This document shows positions 7,998 through 17,334 of a stretch of DNA of 64,000 nt, one piece after another. The notes under the pieces were generated by a model. That model was not told where the DNA came from. It did not search any database and saw only the letters and a list, made by a program, of their open reading frames with translations. This stretch comes from a bacterium (lineage in GTDB: Bacteria; Patescibacteriota; Microgenomatia; Woykebacterales; RBG-16-39-9b), in the NCBI GenBank assembly GCA_030704665.1, contig JAUYID010000009.1:256832-320831 (forward strand). Direction: 5' to 3'. Position 1 is the stretch's first letter. Every line of letters starts with the position of its first letter. Made by a program: the position numbers and the translations under genes.

Positions 7998-8603
7998 ATG
8001 AGAGGTCGAGTTATCTTCATCGGACTGGCCATGGTGGCCATCAGCGTTTTCGCCTTCGCCTGCGACGTCTACGGTGGATACGATGACGAGCAGACTCCGA
8101 CTCAGCAGGCAGCGATCGGCACGCTGGTTGCTCAGCAGACAGTGGCGCCGCTACCGACTCCGCGCCCGGTTGGCTACTGTGTGAAGGAGATCGCCAGTGG
8201 AGAGGTGGAACTTGGGGATCGGATGCGGATCACACCGGTCAAGGATTCGGATGGCAAGGATCAGGGTCTCAACCTGATCGCGAACTTTACGGTTCTGGGC
8301 ACCGACACGTTTCTCATCGCCAATGCCGCTCGGGGACCGCACTACCGGTTCCTGGTGAATCCGGCGTCAGTTGTGCCGGGGGATCAGTTGGTCAGCCCGA
8401 TAATCTTCGGTCCAGCCGTCGGTATGGTCGGACGTCTCATCGACGTTACCTGTGGGGAGGTCCCGATCTTGTACTTGGAGGTCTCGTTCTGGGATCTCTG
8501 TCACCAGGTTCCCGATGCGATTGTGGTCGAGGGTAAACCGCTCCTTGATGTGATCAAGACGGACTATCGTGTCGATCCCTGCAACATCGGCGGACCTGAG
8601 TAG
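7998..8603 (+). CDS. Putative lipoprotein (orphan)
   Basis: SD then MRGRVIFIGLAMVAISVFAFA-C lipobox; several Cys. Confidence 0.65.
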   Translation: MRGRVIFIGLAMVAISVFAFACDVYGGYDDEQTPTQQAAIGTLVAQQTVAPLPTPRPVGYCVKEIASGEVELGDRMRITPVKDSDGKDQGLNLIANFTVLGTDTFLIANAARGPHYRFLVNPASVVPGDQLVSPIIFGPAVGMVGRLIDVTCGEVPILYLEVSFWDLCHQVPDAIVVEGKPLLDVIKTDYRVDPCNIGGPE

Positions 8604-8615
8604 GGAGGGATATAC

Positions 8616-8816
8616 ATGGAATTCGGTACGAGAGTGGGAATCCTTTTCGTAGGGCTGCTGACCTTTGCCTTCCCTGGAGCGTTCGGGGTTTGGGGATTGG
8701 TGAGCTTTTACAGTGAAGGCTCAGAGCTCTTTTGGCCTCTCCTGGTGAGTTTCAGCCTCGGTGTGCCCGTTGCTGTTGTTCTCTTGGCTAGCGAGGCGCT
8801 GTTCTCGGAGAGCTAG
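8616..8816 (+). CDS. Small two-TM membrane protein
   Basis: SD GGGAGG; two hydrophobic helices. Confidence 0.55.
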   Translation: MEFGTRVGILFVGLLTFAFPGAFGVWGLVSFYSEGSELFWPLLVSFSLGVPVAVVLLASEALFSES

Positions 8817-8934
8817 GACGAAGAAGAGAGAGTTTTTGTAGGAGAAAGCGCTTGCGCTTTGCTTTAATGCCAGATTCCGAAACTCGGAACTGCTCCTTTC
8901 CTTCAGAAAATCTTGCGTAAGGTTTGTTGAAGAG

Positions 8935-8968
8935 GAGAAACGACTTGGAAACGGGTCGTTTTTCTTTG
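8935..8968 (+). terminator. Intrinsic terminator (near-duplicate at 30173-30206)
   Basis: GAGAAACGAC...GGGTCGTTTTTCTTTG. Confidence 0.7.
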
Positions 8969-8977
8969 GCATTTAGC

Positions 8978-9011
8978 TAGGACAAATTGTACGATCGTGG
9001 AGTTTTGTTGG
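8978..9011 (+). repeat. 34-bp palindromic dispersed repeat, copy B
   Basis: TAGGACAAATTGTACGATCGTGGAGTTTTGTTGG. Confidence 0.9.
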
Positions 9012-9061
9012 GTTTTAGTTTGAATTGGTGTTTATTATTACTCAAGTTTAACTCAACAAAA

Positions 9062-10408
9062 CTACCAAGTCAGAGTGAAATCGGGGTGTCCGGACTTGAA
9101 CTCTTTGAGAGCAATGGGTTTTTTCCCTTCAACTTGAACCGTCTGTTTTGGCAAGAGCTTAACCCTTAATTCTTCATTCTTAATTCTGTAAATTGTCCAG
9201 ACCCCAGGCCAAGGGTGGTAGGCACGAATCAAATTACTTAAATTCTTCGGGGGATTGCCGAAATCGACATAACCGTCTTCTTTTTTCAGTATTTTTGTGT
9301 AAGTTGCCTGTTCATGTTTCTGCGCCTTAGCTTTTATTTTCTTATTGACCCAAAGATGAATGACGTGATTAATTAAATTTGAACCAGTTACAGCCAGCTT
9401 TGCGCTCAGAGTTTCAAAAGTATCGTCTTTGTTGATCCGTTGCTTGGCCGAGATGATGACTGGGCCTTCGTCCATTTTCTCATTCATTTTCATGATCGAG
9501 ACACCAGTGTAAAGATCTCCGGCGGCAATGGCAGCTTGAATTGGGCTAGCACCTCGATATTTGGGCAAAACCGAGCCGTGGACGTTTAGAGAGCCACTGA
9601 CAGGGATATCCAGGATCTCTTTAGGAAGAATCTTACCGTAAGAAGCAACAACAATTACCTGGGGCTTGGCGGCTTTGATTTTAGCAACAATTTCCTCGTT
9701 AACTATTCGTTTACCCGAGCTGTCTTTTTTCACGAGCCAACTTGGTTTCTCGAGAGCGATATTAAACTGTTTAGCCAGTTCTTCCACCGGAGTGACTCTT
9801 TCTTCTTGCTTACGCCCGGCGAGCTTCGGTGGTGCGGTTACTACCAAGGGAATTTCGTACTCACCGACAGTTGATTGACCGATCAAAGATCTCAAAATTG
9901 TGGCTGCAAACTCTGGCGTGCCAAAGAAAACAAGCCGAACCGGCTCAAAGGCCAAGAGATTCTCTTTTTTATCGGCAATGTGATCAACGTAGAAGGTCGA
10001 GGAGAGGTGATCGTATTCGTGCTGAACTATTCTAGCGTAAAAACCACTTAAAGTAGCCAGCTTGGTTTTGCCACGAATGTCGGTGTATTCCAGTACAATC
10101 TCGGTTGCTCGATCGAGAATACCGCGGTAGCCGGGGATGGAAAGACAGCCCTCCTCACCCTCGTCAGTCTCTTTAACCCTTTTTATCATTTTTGGATTGA
10201 TGAAGGTCTCTTTCAGGGCACCGTAATCCACGATAAAGAGCCTGAGTTTTTCACCAATTTGAGGTGCAGCCAGCCCAACTCCGCCGGTGAAGGTCAGAGT
10301 TTCCTGCATATCAGCAACCATTTTTTTTACTTTCTCATCAATGACTGGAACAGGTTTGAAGGTGTATTTCCAGATTGGATCGGTTTTTTTGGTAAGGTTG
10401 AGTAACAT
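9062..10408 (-). CDS. def-fmt: Fused peptide deformylase / methionyl-tRNA formyltransferase
   Basis: PDF motifs GVGLAAPQ, EGCLS and HEYDH, then Fmt motifs FFGTPEFA and NVHGSVLPKYRGASPIQ in one ORF. Confidence 0.93.
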   Translation of the reverse strand: MLLNLTKKTDPIWKYTFKPVPVIDEKVKKMVADMQETLTFTGGVGLAAPQIGEKLRLFIVDYGALKETFINPKMIKRVKETDEGEEGCLSIPGYRGILDRATEIVLEYTDIRGKTKLATLSGFYARIVQHEYDHLSSTFYVDHIADKKENLLAFEPVRLVFFGTPEFAATILRSLIGQSTVGEYEIPLVVTAPPKLAGRKQEERVTPVEELAKQFNIALEKPSWLVKKDSSGKRIVNEEIVAKIKAAKPQVIVVASYGKILPKEILDIPVSGSLNVHGSVLPKYRGASPIQAAIAAGDLYTGVSIMKMNEKMDEGPVIISAKQRINKDDTFETLSAKLAVTGSNLINHVIHLWVNKKIKAKAQKHEQATYTKILKKEDGYVDFGNPPKNLSNLIRAYHPWPGVWTIYRIKNEELRVKLLPKQTVQVEGKKPIALKEFKSGHPDFTLTW

Positions 10409-10498
10409 CGAAAATTATTATAGCTTGGGAGAGCAAATAGACTCAACAGTTTGCTTGTCTAAGATATAATCTGGGAAAGAAGTGAAGGAGGCTCGGAG

Positions 10499-10867
10499 AT
10501 GGGTATTGTAAAAAGTCTTGACCAGACCTCTGAGGGTCGGCAAGATCTCAAACGTGTTCTGGTCGACTCAGGTCTGATGGATGAATGCAAACGAATCCGT
10601 GACGAATATGCACATGCACGCGGCTACTTTGCTGAGATTCGCTTCCCACCCCGTGTGGCGGAGTTCACCCTTCGTCTCGACTGGTGGAATCCGGATAAGC
10701 CGTGTAAGTACTCAGTTAGAGTGTGGGCCAGGAGGAGAGTCAACGGTACTATCGAGATCAGAATCAACAACTGGAATCTCGACCCAGCATCTCTTCCGAG
10801 TCAGGAGGGGGTAAAGCGCCTGATTCAGAAAGCGATGGAAAACCCGCTCGTCGAGGAACTGAAGTAA
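10499..10867 (+). CDS. Hypothetical protein (orphan)
   Basis: SD AAGGAGG, TATAAT upstream, terminator AAGACCCGC...GCGGGTCTT downstream. Confidence 0.65.
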   Translation: MGIVKSLDQTSEGRQDLKRVLVDSGLMDECKRIRDEYAHARGYFAEIRFPPRVAEFTLRLDWWNPDKPCKYSVRVWARRRVNGTIEIRINNWNLDPASLPSQEGVKRLIQKAMENPLVEELK

Positions 10868-11088
10868 CGCGTCTAACCCTGTCCAAAACAAGACCCGCAC
10901 TCGCCCCGCGGGTCTTCTCACTTTTAAACCTATAGCCCTTTGACTTTTATACCTAAAAATGCTAAGATGCCGCCTACTTTGGTGCTGGCAATCTGTTTTC
11001 GATTCATTCGAAACTAGTTTGCCATCACTATGGAACTCCGTCCATGGGATGTGTGTAGTGGCCGTGGGGCCGAAAGGAGTAGATCGAC

Positions 11089-11556
11089 ATGGCAGGTCTA
11101 AGAGTTTTCAGGGAAACGAGTCGGGCAATCCAGCTCTTCTTTGAGTTGGCTGGTATGCTCGGGCTTCCGGATGCAATTCGGAACATCTACACACCCTCAC
11201 CTAGCCAAGATGAGGGTAGATGGGTGCCTTCGATTCTGATTTTGAGCGGTTTTGCGGGAACGGACGAACCGCTCAGGAGTCGTTTTATCCTGGAATCTGC
11301 CAAAGACGAGCAGCTCCGTCTTGGCAAGGTTATTCTGGAAGGCGATCCTAGCGATGATTGGGGACCTCCAAGTTCCGGAGCAGCTTGGCGCAGGGATTTC
11401 CTAATTCTGAATCACGAGGATGGAAGGCTGGAATTTGTCGCCCCCGGGACAGTTATCGGCAAAGCTTTCAGTCAAATGTCGGCAACTGCCAAACTGGCGA
11501 TACGGCAGCGCTACTTCTACACTGGAGTAACGCCCTTCATCTTTCCCAAAGAATGA
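11089..11556 (+). CDS. Hypothetical protein (orphan)
   Basis: SD AAAGGAG; TTGACT promoter about 150 nt upstream. Confidence 0.6.
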   Translation: MAGLRVFRETSRAIQLFFELAGMLGLPDAIRNIYTPSPSQDEGRWVPSILILSGFAGTDEPLRSRFILESAKDEQLRLGKVILEGDPSDDWGPPSSGAAWRRDFLILNHEDGRLEFVAPGTVIGKAFSQMSATAKLAIRQRYFYTGVTPFIFPKE

Positions 11557-11603
11557 GTTGAAGAGCTCGGAGCAAGGATGAAACCGAGCAGAAGGAGAAT
11601 ATC

Positions 11604-11837
11604 ATGAGAGCTCTGACCGAAGCCGAGCAGAGGATCTTCGAGATGGTCAAGGATAACACCAGCATTCAGCAGGCGCTGTCCTATCCGGATCGGCTGGTGG
11701 CGATGCGGGAGGTTCGGGCCGTTCTACGTCGCCGGCCAGATGTTCACGATTTGCCCGACGATGGTATCACCGAGGCGCCTGAGTACGCTCTGGCGAATCA
11801 CCTCGTTGACTACCGTGAGCAGGTCAAGACAAGCTGA
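11604..11837 (+). CDS. Hypothetical protein (orphan)
   Basis: SD GAAGGAG; hairpin GGTGGCGGT...ACCGCCACC downstream. Confidence 0.6.
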   Translation: MRALTEAEQRIFEMVKDNTSIQQALSYPDRLVAMREVRAVLRRRPDVHDLPDDGITEAPEYALANHLVDYREQVKTS

Positions 11838-11935
11838 GGGAAAAAAACGAGAGATTCGGGGTGGCGGTGCGAGGTTCTATCCCTTTACCGCCACCTAAGA
11901 TCTTCTCCCATTCATTAATTAAACTAACCTTTAGC

Positions 11936-11969
11936 TAGTACAAAATTTCCGATCGTGAAAAACTGTTGC
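11936..11969 (+). repeat. 34-bp palindromic dispersed repeat, copy C (overlaps the -35 of the PaaX-like gene)
   Basis: TAGTACAAAATTTCCGATCGTGAAAAACTGTTGC. Confidence 0.8.
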
Positions 11970-12002
11970 ATTTTCCCGACCAATTACTTTATATTTTAGT
12001 CA

Positions 12003-12512
12003 ATGGCGATCATTGATGACATTCTTGTCCAGCTCATCGACTTTACTTACCACCCCTACAAAATGATGTATGGGGATCTGCGGAAAACCTACAAAGCTGA
12101 GTCAGTCCGGATTGCTCTCTCCCGAGCTCAGAAGAAAGGTTGGTTGGAGCGAAGCTGGAATGATGATGGTACTTACCTAAAATTAACTGACCTTGGTAAG
12201 GAAAGAATGCTTAAATACAAGCCAGTCAGCAAACTCTTGCCCTGGCAGATGGAGGAGGGAGAGGTCAGTTACTGCGTGGTCGTTTTCGATATTCCTGAAA
12301 AAAGCCGCTCGACCCGGGATCTACTGCGCAGAAAGCTAAAAGAAGCCGGCTTTGTCGGCTGGCAGAAAAGTGTTTGGGTGGGGAAAAATATAAATTTGGA
12401 GAAACTACGCGAGTTTTTGAAGGAAGTTGGGCTGGAAAACCATGTTTTGGCAATCGAAACTTCTGACCTTGGTGATGAAGCTTTGGTCAAAGAATTAAGC
12501 ACATTCAGGTAG
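12003..12512 (+). CDS. PaaX-family protein: N-terminal wHTH + Cas2-like domain
   Basis: SVRIALSRAQKKGWLER...YLKLTDLGK (wHTH); VVVFDIPEKSRSTRDLLRRKLKEAGFVGWQKSVWV (Cas2/PaaX central domain). Confidence 0.85.
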   Translation: MAIIDDILVQLIDFTYHPYKMMYGDLRKTYKAESVRIALSRAQKKGWLERSWNDDGTYLKLTDLGKERMLKYKPVSKLLPWQMEEGEVSYCVVVFDIPEKSRSTRDLLRRKLKEAGFVGWQKSVWVGKNINLEKLREFLKEVGLENHVLAIETSDLGDEALVKELSTFR

Positions 12513-12543
12513 TACAAATTTCACGATCGTGGATTTTTGTTGG
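12510..12543 (+). repeat. 34-bp palindromic dispersed repeat, copy D (its TAG is the stop codon of the PaaX-like gene)
   Basis: TAGTACAAATTTCACGATCGTGGATTTTTGTTGG. Confidence 0.9.
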
Positions 12544-12675
12544 TTAAATCAAAAAAACGCACTACGAAACTACTCGTCTTGAGACCTTTTTGCTTCTGTT
12601 TCAATTTCTTTCAGCTTCCACATAAGCCGCTATGATGTTAAAAATTGATAGTGATCGCATCTTGTTTGGAAATTG

Positions 12676-12978
12676 CTAACTTTTAATTTCTGATTCCAGT
12701 TGTTGCAATTTCCACATGAAGAGTTTGCCGCGATTGGTCGATTTCGTATTGTAACCAATGGCAAAGACCATGGCTTCGTGGAGAAGATAGCGATTCCTTT
12801 CCTTGGAAAGCTTGATATAGAGAGCTTTGTGTTTAGGGTCGTGAAGCTGCTCAGAGAGGTAAACTCCGAAATCTTGGAACTCGTGGTGTGCATAGACTCG
12901 GCCTTTGGGTTTCCCAAACTTATCTTGAATTACTTTGGAAATGGGTTCAAAGTTAGAATCTTTCTTGTTTTCAGCCAT
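12676..12978 (-). CDS. Hypothetical protein (helical)
   Basis: Starts 4 nt after the O-antigen ligase stop; HEFQDFG...LYIKL...GKLFMWKL. Confidence 0.7.
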   Translation of the reverse strand: MAENKKDSNFEPISKVIQDKFGKPKGRVYAHHEFQDFGVYLSEQLHDPKHKALYIKLSKERNRYLLHEAMVFAIGYNTKSTNRGKLFMWKLQQLESEIKS

Positions 12979-12982
12979 AAAT

Positions 12983-15010
12983 TTAGCCTGTGATCAAACT
13001 TTTTTGTAAGTCTTTGGCATCGTCATAATCTGGCTTGAGTTTGAGGACTTTTTCAATTTGCTTGAGCGCTTTTTCCTTGTCCCCGGCGGCTCGATAAATT
13101 ACGGCCAAATTGTACTGAATTGACGCATCAGTCGGAGCCATCTGACCCAGTTTTTCAGCCGCCTGCAAAGTCTCAGGCCAGTATTTTTTGTCGAGCTGAG
13201 CTAGAGAATAGAGAGTTTGCAGGCTGTTCCGGGCCAAGGTAGTATGATGGGGATGCTCTCGGACGAGATCTTGGTTCAGGTCATGAGCTTCAGCAATCAG
13301 GTCGTTTTTGAGCTTTTCGTCATCAACTTCGGCCGCTAAACTGGCTTCGCCCAGCGCCAGTTCAGAGCGGTAAAGGGGTTCGCCCGGGAAAAGGGAGACT
13401 GCTTGCCTGAGATTTTTGTAATTGACCGTCTCATCGACAGTGACCCCTTGGGCATAAAAAGTATCCGCCAGCCAGATTTTTCCGACGAAAAAGAGGCTGT
13501 AAAGACCAAGAAAGACGGCGACGAGAGTTAAAAGCTGACGGCTGAGCGGGTTCTTCAAGTGTTTACTGACAAACTTTTCAAAGTAATCTGTGCTTCTGGT
13601 TTGGTCACTGATGAGGAAGGCTAGAGCCGGGAAAAGGAAAAAGAAAAGAGCGATGATGACCACAGAAAAGCCAAAAATATTTTGGACCAAGAAACCAACA
13701 AAAGCAGAGAAAAGGGCCAGCACCCAGAGGCGCTCTTCAGCCATTTTTGACTGCAAAAGATAGCGAATTGCCCAAAAAACGAAGATTCCGATGAGCAACA
13801 AATAGCTTGCTAAACCAACAATTCCAGTGTTTGCCAAGTAATTTAAATACTCATTGTGGGCCTTGTTGTAGAGATAGTCCCACTCCGCAGTTTGGTTGTG
13901 TTCGGCTGGTCGAAAAAGATAGTAACTGTAGCCAAAAGTTTCAACTCCAGTGCCGAAGAGTGGGTAGTGGCGAAAGATATCAAAAGCTCCTTGCCAGACT
14001 ACCAGACGAATGCGTCCAGTTTGCGCCCCGTCAATTTCAAGTTGAGACTGACTTGATTTTTCCTCCCCCCTTGCTTCAGTTGAAGGGTTGACCCCCCGCA
14101 AGGAGAGAGCATTGCCCAAATTGGAGTTCAAAAGTAAAACTGCGACCAAAAAAGCAGCCAGCCAGAGATAATTTTTCTCCCAAACTGGAGCCAAAGTGAG
14201 CCTCAAACCGAAAAACCTTTTTATTCGGTTGGTGAGGCTTTGCCGATAGAGGGTTAGAAACAAAGAAAAGATAAGGCCAGTCGCAATCAAGCCGAGAGTT
14301 CCACCACGGGAAAGGGTGTAGGTGATAGTTAGGTAAAAGGTAAGTGAAAGAAGGAGAAAAGGAGCTTTTTGCCAAGTTTTTTTGAGAAGAAGCATCAGGG
14401 TTAGAGAGAGTGGCAGAAGCATAGCCAAATAGGCAGCGAGCCAGTTGGGTTGTCCCAGAGTAGAAAAGACCCGCCTTTCCACTGCTTCAGCCCAGTAAGT
14501 GTAGTCAATGCCGTGGTTGATCCACTTGTTGCCGACGTGTTTAGCAAAGAGGGGGTTTGGATGCTGTAAGATCCCGTAGACTGCGACTAAAGCCCCACTT
14601 ACCAGACCAACTAAGATTAAAACTTTAGCTTTAGCTTTATCAAAATTGTTCGTCAAGGCAAAATAAAGCAGGCTATAAGAGAGGATTGAGAAAAAACCAC
14701 CGTTAAAGCGCGAGTAATACCCATAGAGACTGGTGTGAGGATCGATGGAGAGGACAGTCGAAATTAAATTAGCCAGCAAAAAAATTAAAATTGGCCAGTC
14801 AAGAGGAGTGCGGACAAATTTGAAAGAGCGCTGCGCAAGAATCTTCAGCAGCCAGGCAGTTACAATAACCACAGTCAGCAGGTAGGTGAGGACCATTTTG
14901 TTGAATTCAAAGAGTTCGTAGTTGATCGGAAGCCAAATGAGGGGGACGAGGAAAAAAAGAAGGTAAAAGCAGGTTTCAATAGTTGTCTCGTAAACTTTGG
15001 TCCAATTCAC
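12983..15010 (-). CDS. O-antigen ligase/Wzy_C-family membrane protein with C-terminal TPR
   Basis: RVFSTLGQPNWLAAYL, TLSRGG, PLFGTGVETF, KAHNEYLN motifs; TPR at the C-terminus. Confidence 0.9.
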   Translation of the reverse strand: MNWTKVYETTIETCFYLLFFLVPLIWLPINYELFEFNKMVLTYLLTVVIVTAWLLKILAQRSFKFVRTPLDWPILIFLLANLISTVLSIDPHTSLYGYYSRFNGGFFSILSYSLLYFALTNNFDKAKAKVLILVGLVSGALVAVYGILQHPNPLFAKHVGNKWINHGIDYTYWAEAVERRVFSTLGQPNWLAAYLAMLLPLSLTLMLLLKKTWQKAPFLLLSLTFYLTITYTLSRGGTLGLIATGLIFSLFLTLYRQSLTNRIKRFFGLRLTLAPVWEKNYLWLAAFLVAVLLLNSNLGNALSLRGVNPSTEARGEEKSSQSQLEIDGAQTGRIRLVVWQGAFDIFRHYPLFGTGVETFGYSYYLFRPAEHNQTAEWDYLYNKAHNEYLNYLANTGIVGLASYLLLIGIFVFWAIRYLLQSKMAEERLWVLALFSAFVGFLVQNIFGFSVVIIALFFFLFPALAFLISDQTRSTDYFEKFVSKHLKNPLSRQLLTLVAVFLGLYSLFFVGKIWLADTFYAQGVTVDETVNYKNLRQAVSLFPGEPLYRSELALGEASLAAEVDDEKLKNDLIAEAHDLNQDLVREHPHHTTLARNSLQTLYSLAQLDKKYWPETLQAAEKLGQMAPTDASIQYNLAVIYRAAGDKEKALKQIEKVLKLKPDYDDAKDLQKSLITG

Positions 15011-15118
15011 GAGAAGATATTAACACATCAACTCACAATTCTTAATTCTTCATTCCTAATTCATTGTTAATTCTTGATTCTAACTGTGCTACACTGTTGA
15101 TTCAAAGAGGGACAGCAC

Positions 15119-16174
15119 GTGTATTTATTTGATCAATTACTCGGACAAATTTCTCATGACATCAGTATAGACTTGGGTACGGCCAACACTTTGGTTTTGG
15201 TCAAAGGTAAAGGTATCATCGTGCGTGAACCGACGGTCATTGCCCAGCACCGTAAAACCAAGCAAATTTTGGCCGTCGGTAAAGAAGCTAAAAGAATGCT
15301 TGGGAAAACTCCGCTGATGATCAATGCCATAAGACCCCTCAAAGACGGGGTAATTTCCGATCTTGAAGCAGCTGAAGCGTTGCTTAAATATTTCATCAAA
15401 AAGGTTCATGAGGGTGGCAGCAGTGGTTTACCCAAAATTCCCCGGCCCAGAATCGTCATTGGTATTCCTTCTGGGGTGACTGAAGTCGAAAGACGGGCGG
15501 TCCAGGACGCGGCTGTCAAAGCCGGAGCGCGCGAAGTTTTTCTGATTGAAGAGCCAATGGCAGCTGCCCTTGGGGCTAAACTGCCGATCGAGGAGCCACG
15601 CGGCAATATGGTCGTTGATGTTGGCGGGGGAACGACAGAAATTGCCGTTATTTCTCTTGGGGGAATGGTCATTTCCCAGTCTTTGCGAGTCGCCGGGGAT
15701 GAGATGGATCAAGATATCATCAATTACGCTCGCAGCCGTTACAATCTTTTACTTGGGGAGCGGACCGCAGAAGAAATAAAGGTTAATGCTGGCAGTACTG
15801 TGCCGGCCAAGGTTGAAGGCAAGATTCCGATGCGGGGTCGGGATTTAGAAACCGGCTTGCCTGCCACGGTGATGATCAACGCCGGAGAGGTCCGCGAAGC
15901 GATCTCAGGAACAGTTCGTACTATTATTGAGGCGGTGAAGGATACTCTGGAAGAAACCCCACCGGAACTACTTGGAGATATTTTGGAATCAGGAATTGCT
16001 TTGACGGGTGGAGGATCACTTTTACCGGGCTTTGCGCAGACCCTGGAAAAAGAAACTAAAATTCCGGTTCGACTCATTGAAGATCCTTTGACTAGTGTTG
16101 TACGGGGAGCAGGTAGAGTTTTTGAGGACCGAGAGCTTTTGCGCACGGTGAAAGTTTCTACGGCTCTGCGTTAA
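15119..16174 (+). CDS. mreB: Rod shape-determining protein MreB
   Basis: IDLGTANT, GVTEVERRAV, EEPMAAA, DVGGGTTE. Confidence 0.97.
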   Translation: MYLFDQLLGQISHDISIDLGTANTLVLVKGKGIIVREPTVIAQHRKTKQILAVGKEAKRMLGKTPLMINAIRPLKDGVISDLEAAEALLKYFIKKVHEGGSSGLPKIPRPRIVIGIPSGVTEVERRAVQDAAVKAGAREVFLIEEPMAAALGAKLPIEEPRGNMVVDVGGGTTEIAVISLGGMVISQSLRVAGDEMDQDIINYARSRYNLLLGERTAEEIKVNAGSTVPAKVEGKIPMRGRDLETGLPATVMINAGEVREAISGTVRTIIEAVKDTLEETPPELLGDILESGIALTGGGSLLPGFAQTLEKETKIPVRLIEDPLTSVVRGAGRVFEDRELLRTVKVSTALR

Positions 16175-16189
16175 AGGAAAAAGCATTTT

Positions 16190-16993
16190 ATGAGTAAACT
16201 AATTGCCTCTGTCTCCAAAATCCGTTTGTTTTTTCTGATCCTCTTCGTTGGGCTGATCCTCATTTTTCTGGAGAGGTTTGGAGCACTTGATTTTGCCAAG
16301 GGGGTAGTAAGTTACCTTTCCACCCCGATCCAGCTCTCAGTTTACCGCAGCTATCAAAATCTCTCCCAGAGTCTTGACGCGGTAGTTTCCATTGGTGGTC
16401 TGCACGCTCGCAACTCCACCCTTGAGAGAGAAAATGCCCTCTTGCTAGCCGAAAACATCAAGATCCGTTCTTTGGAAAAAGAAAACGAAAATTTGCGCGC
16501 TCAACTCGGGAGTCCCAAAATTGGCTTAAAGCTAAAAGAAATAGCTTCAGTGATCGGCTTTGGGGTTGGAGGAAATCGAGACAGTTTGCTCCTTGATCAG
16601 GGTCAAAACCAAAAAATTAAGAAAGGAGATCTTGTCGTCGTTAGAAATATTTTCGTTGGTACTGTGGTTGAGGTTTCTCCTCGAACCAGTCGAGTGGCTT
16701 TGATCACTGACCCGCAGACCAAAATTCCGGCTATTACGCAGTCCGGCGCAGTGGGTGTTTTGGCTGGTCAGTTCGGTACTGAGGCACACCTGACCAACGT
16801 GATTCAGGATGATAAATTAAACGAGGGAGAACTCGTCCTGACCTCAGGAGAGGCGGACTATCCGAAAAACTTGGTTCTGGGGAAAATCACTTCCGTCAAA
16901 AAAGTTTCCCGGGAACTTTTTCAAAATGCAAAGGTTGAGAGTTTGCTACCCGCCGGAGAATTGCAAACCGTCTTTGTCATGGAAAGAAAATGA
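16190..16993 (+). CDS. mreC: Rod shape-determining protein MreC
   Basis: TM, coiled coil, LVLTSG...YPKNLVLGKI; follows mreB. Confidence 0.9.
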   Translation: MSKLIASVSKIRLFFLILFVGLILIFLERFGALDFAKGVVSYLSTPIQLSVYRSYQNLSQSLDAVVSIGGLHARNSTLERENALLLAENIKIRSLEKENENLRAQLGSPKIGLKLKEIASVIGFGVGGNRDSLLLDQGQNQKIKKGDLVVVRNIFVGTVVEVSPRTSRVALITDPQTKIPAITQSGAVGVLAGQFGTEAHLTNVIQDDKLNEGELVLTSGEADYPKNLVLGKITSVKKVSRELFQNAKVESLLPAGELQTVFVMERK

Positions 16994-17334
16994 AAAACTT
17001 TTCTCACTACCTGATTATTTTTATTTTTGCTCTTGCCCAAACAACTTTTCTGCCTTTGAACTTGATACTGGGCTATTTGCTACTTACTTTTTATCGAAGG
17101 GGCTTCTACTTTGTTTTCCCAATCTTTATCTATAGCGCTGCTTTGCTAGCACTAATGGCCAGCAACTCAGTTGGCTTGACGCTATTCACCTTTTGCCTGA
17201 TTCTCGGTATGGTCGGTCTGATCAAAAACTATTTGCCCGCCGCCCTCTTTATTCGAGCTTCAATATTGATTCTTGCCTTACCTGCCTATGAGCTGACTTA
17301 CAGTTTCTTGTTTCGGTTTATTACTCGTTTATGA
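16990..17334 (+). CDS. mreD: MreD-like membrane protein
   Basis: Fully hydrophobic, between mreC and mrdA, with overlapping start and stop. Confidence 0.6.
   Translation: MKNFSHYLIIFIFALAQTTFLPLNLILGYLLLTFYRRGFYFVFPIFIYSAALLALMASNSVGLTLFTFCLILGMVGLIKNYLPAALFIRASILILALPAYELTYSFLFRFITRL

Noticed and set aside
12003-12512. CRISPR-Cas locus (Cas2-like motif)
   Set aside because: No repeat-spacer array or other cas genes. The protein has an N-terminal wHTH typical of the PaaX family, and the 34-bp repeats are dispersed rather than regularly spaced.
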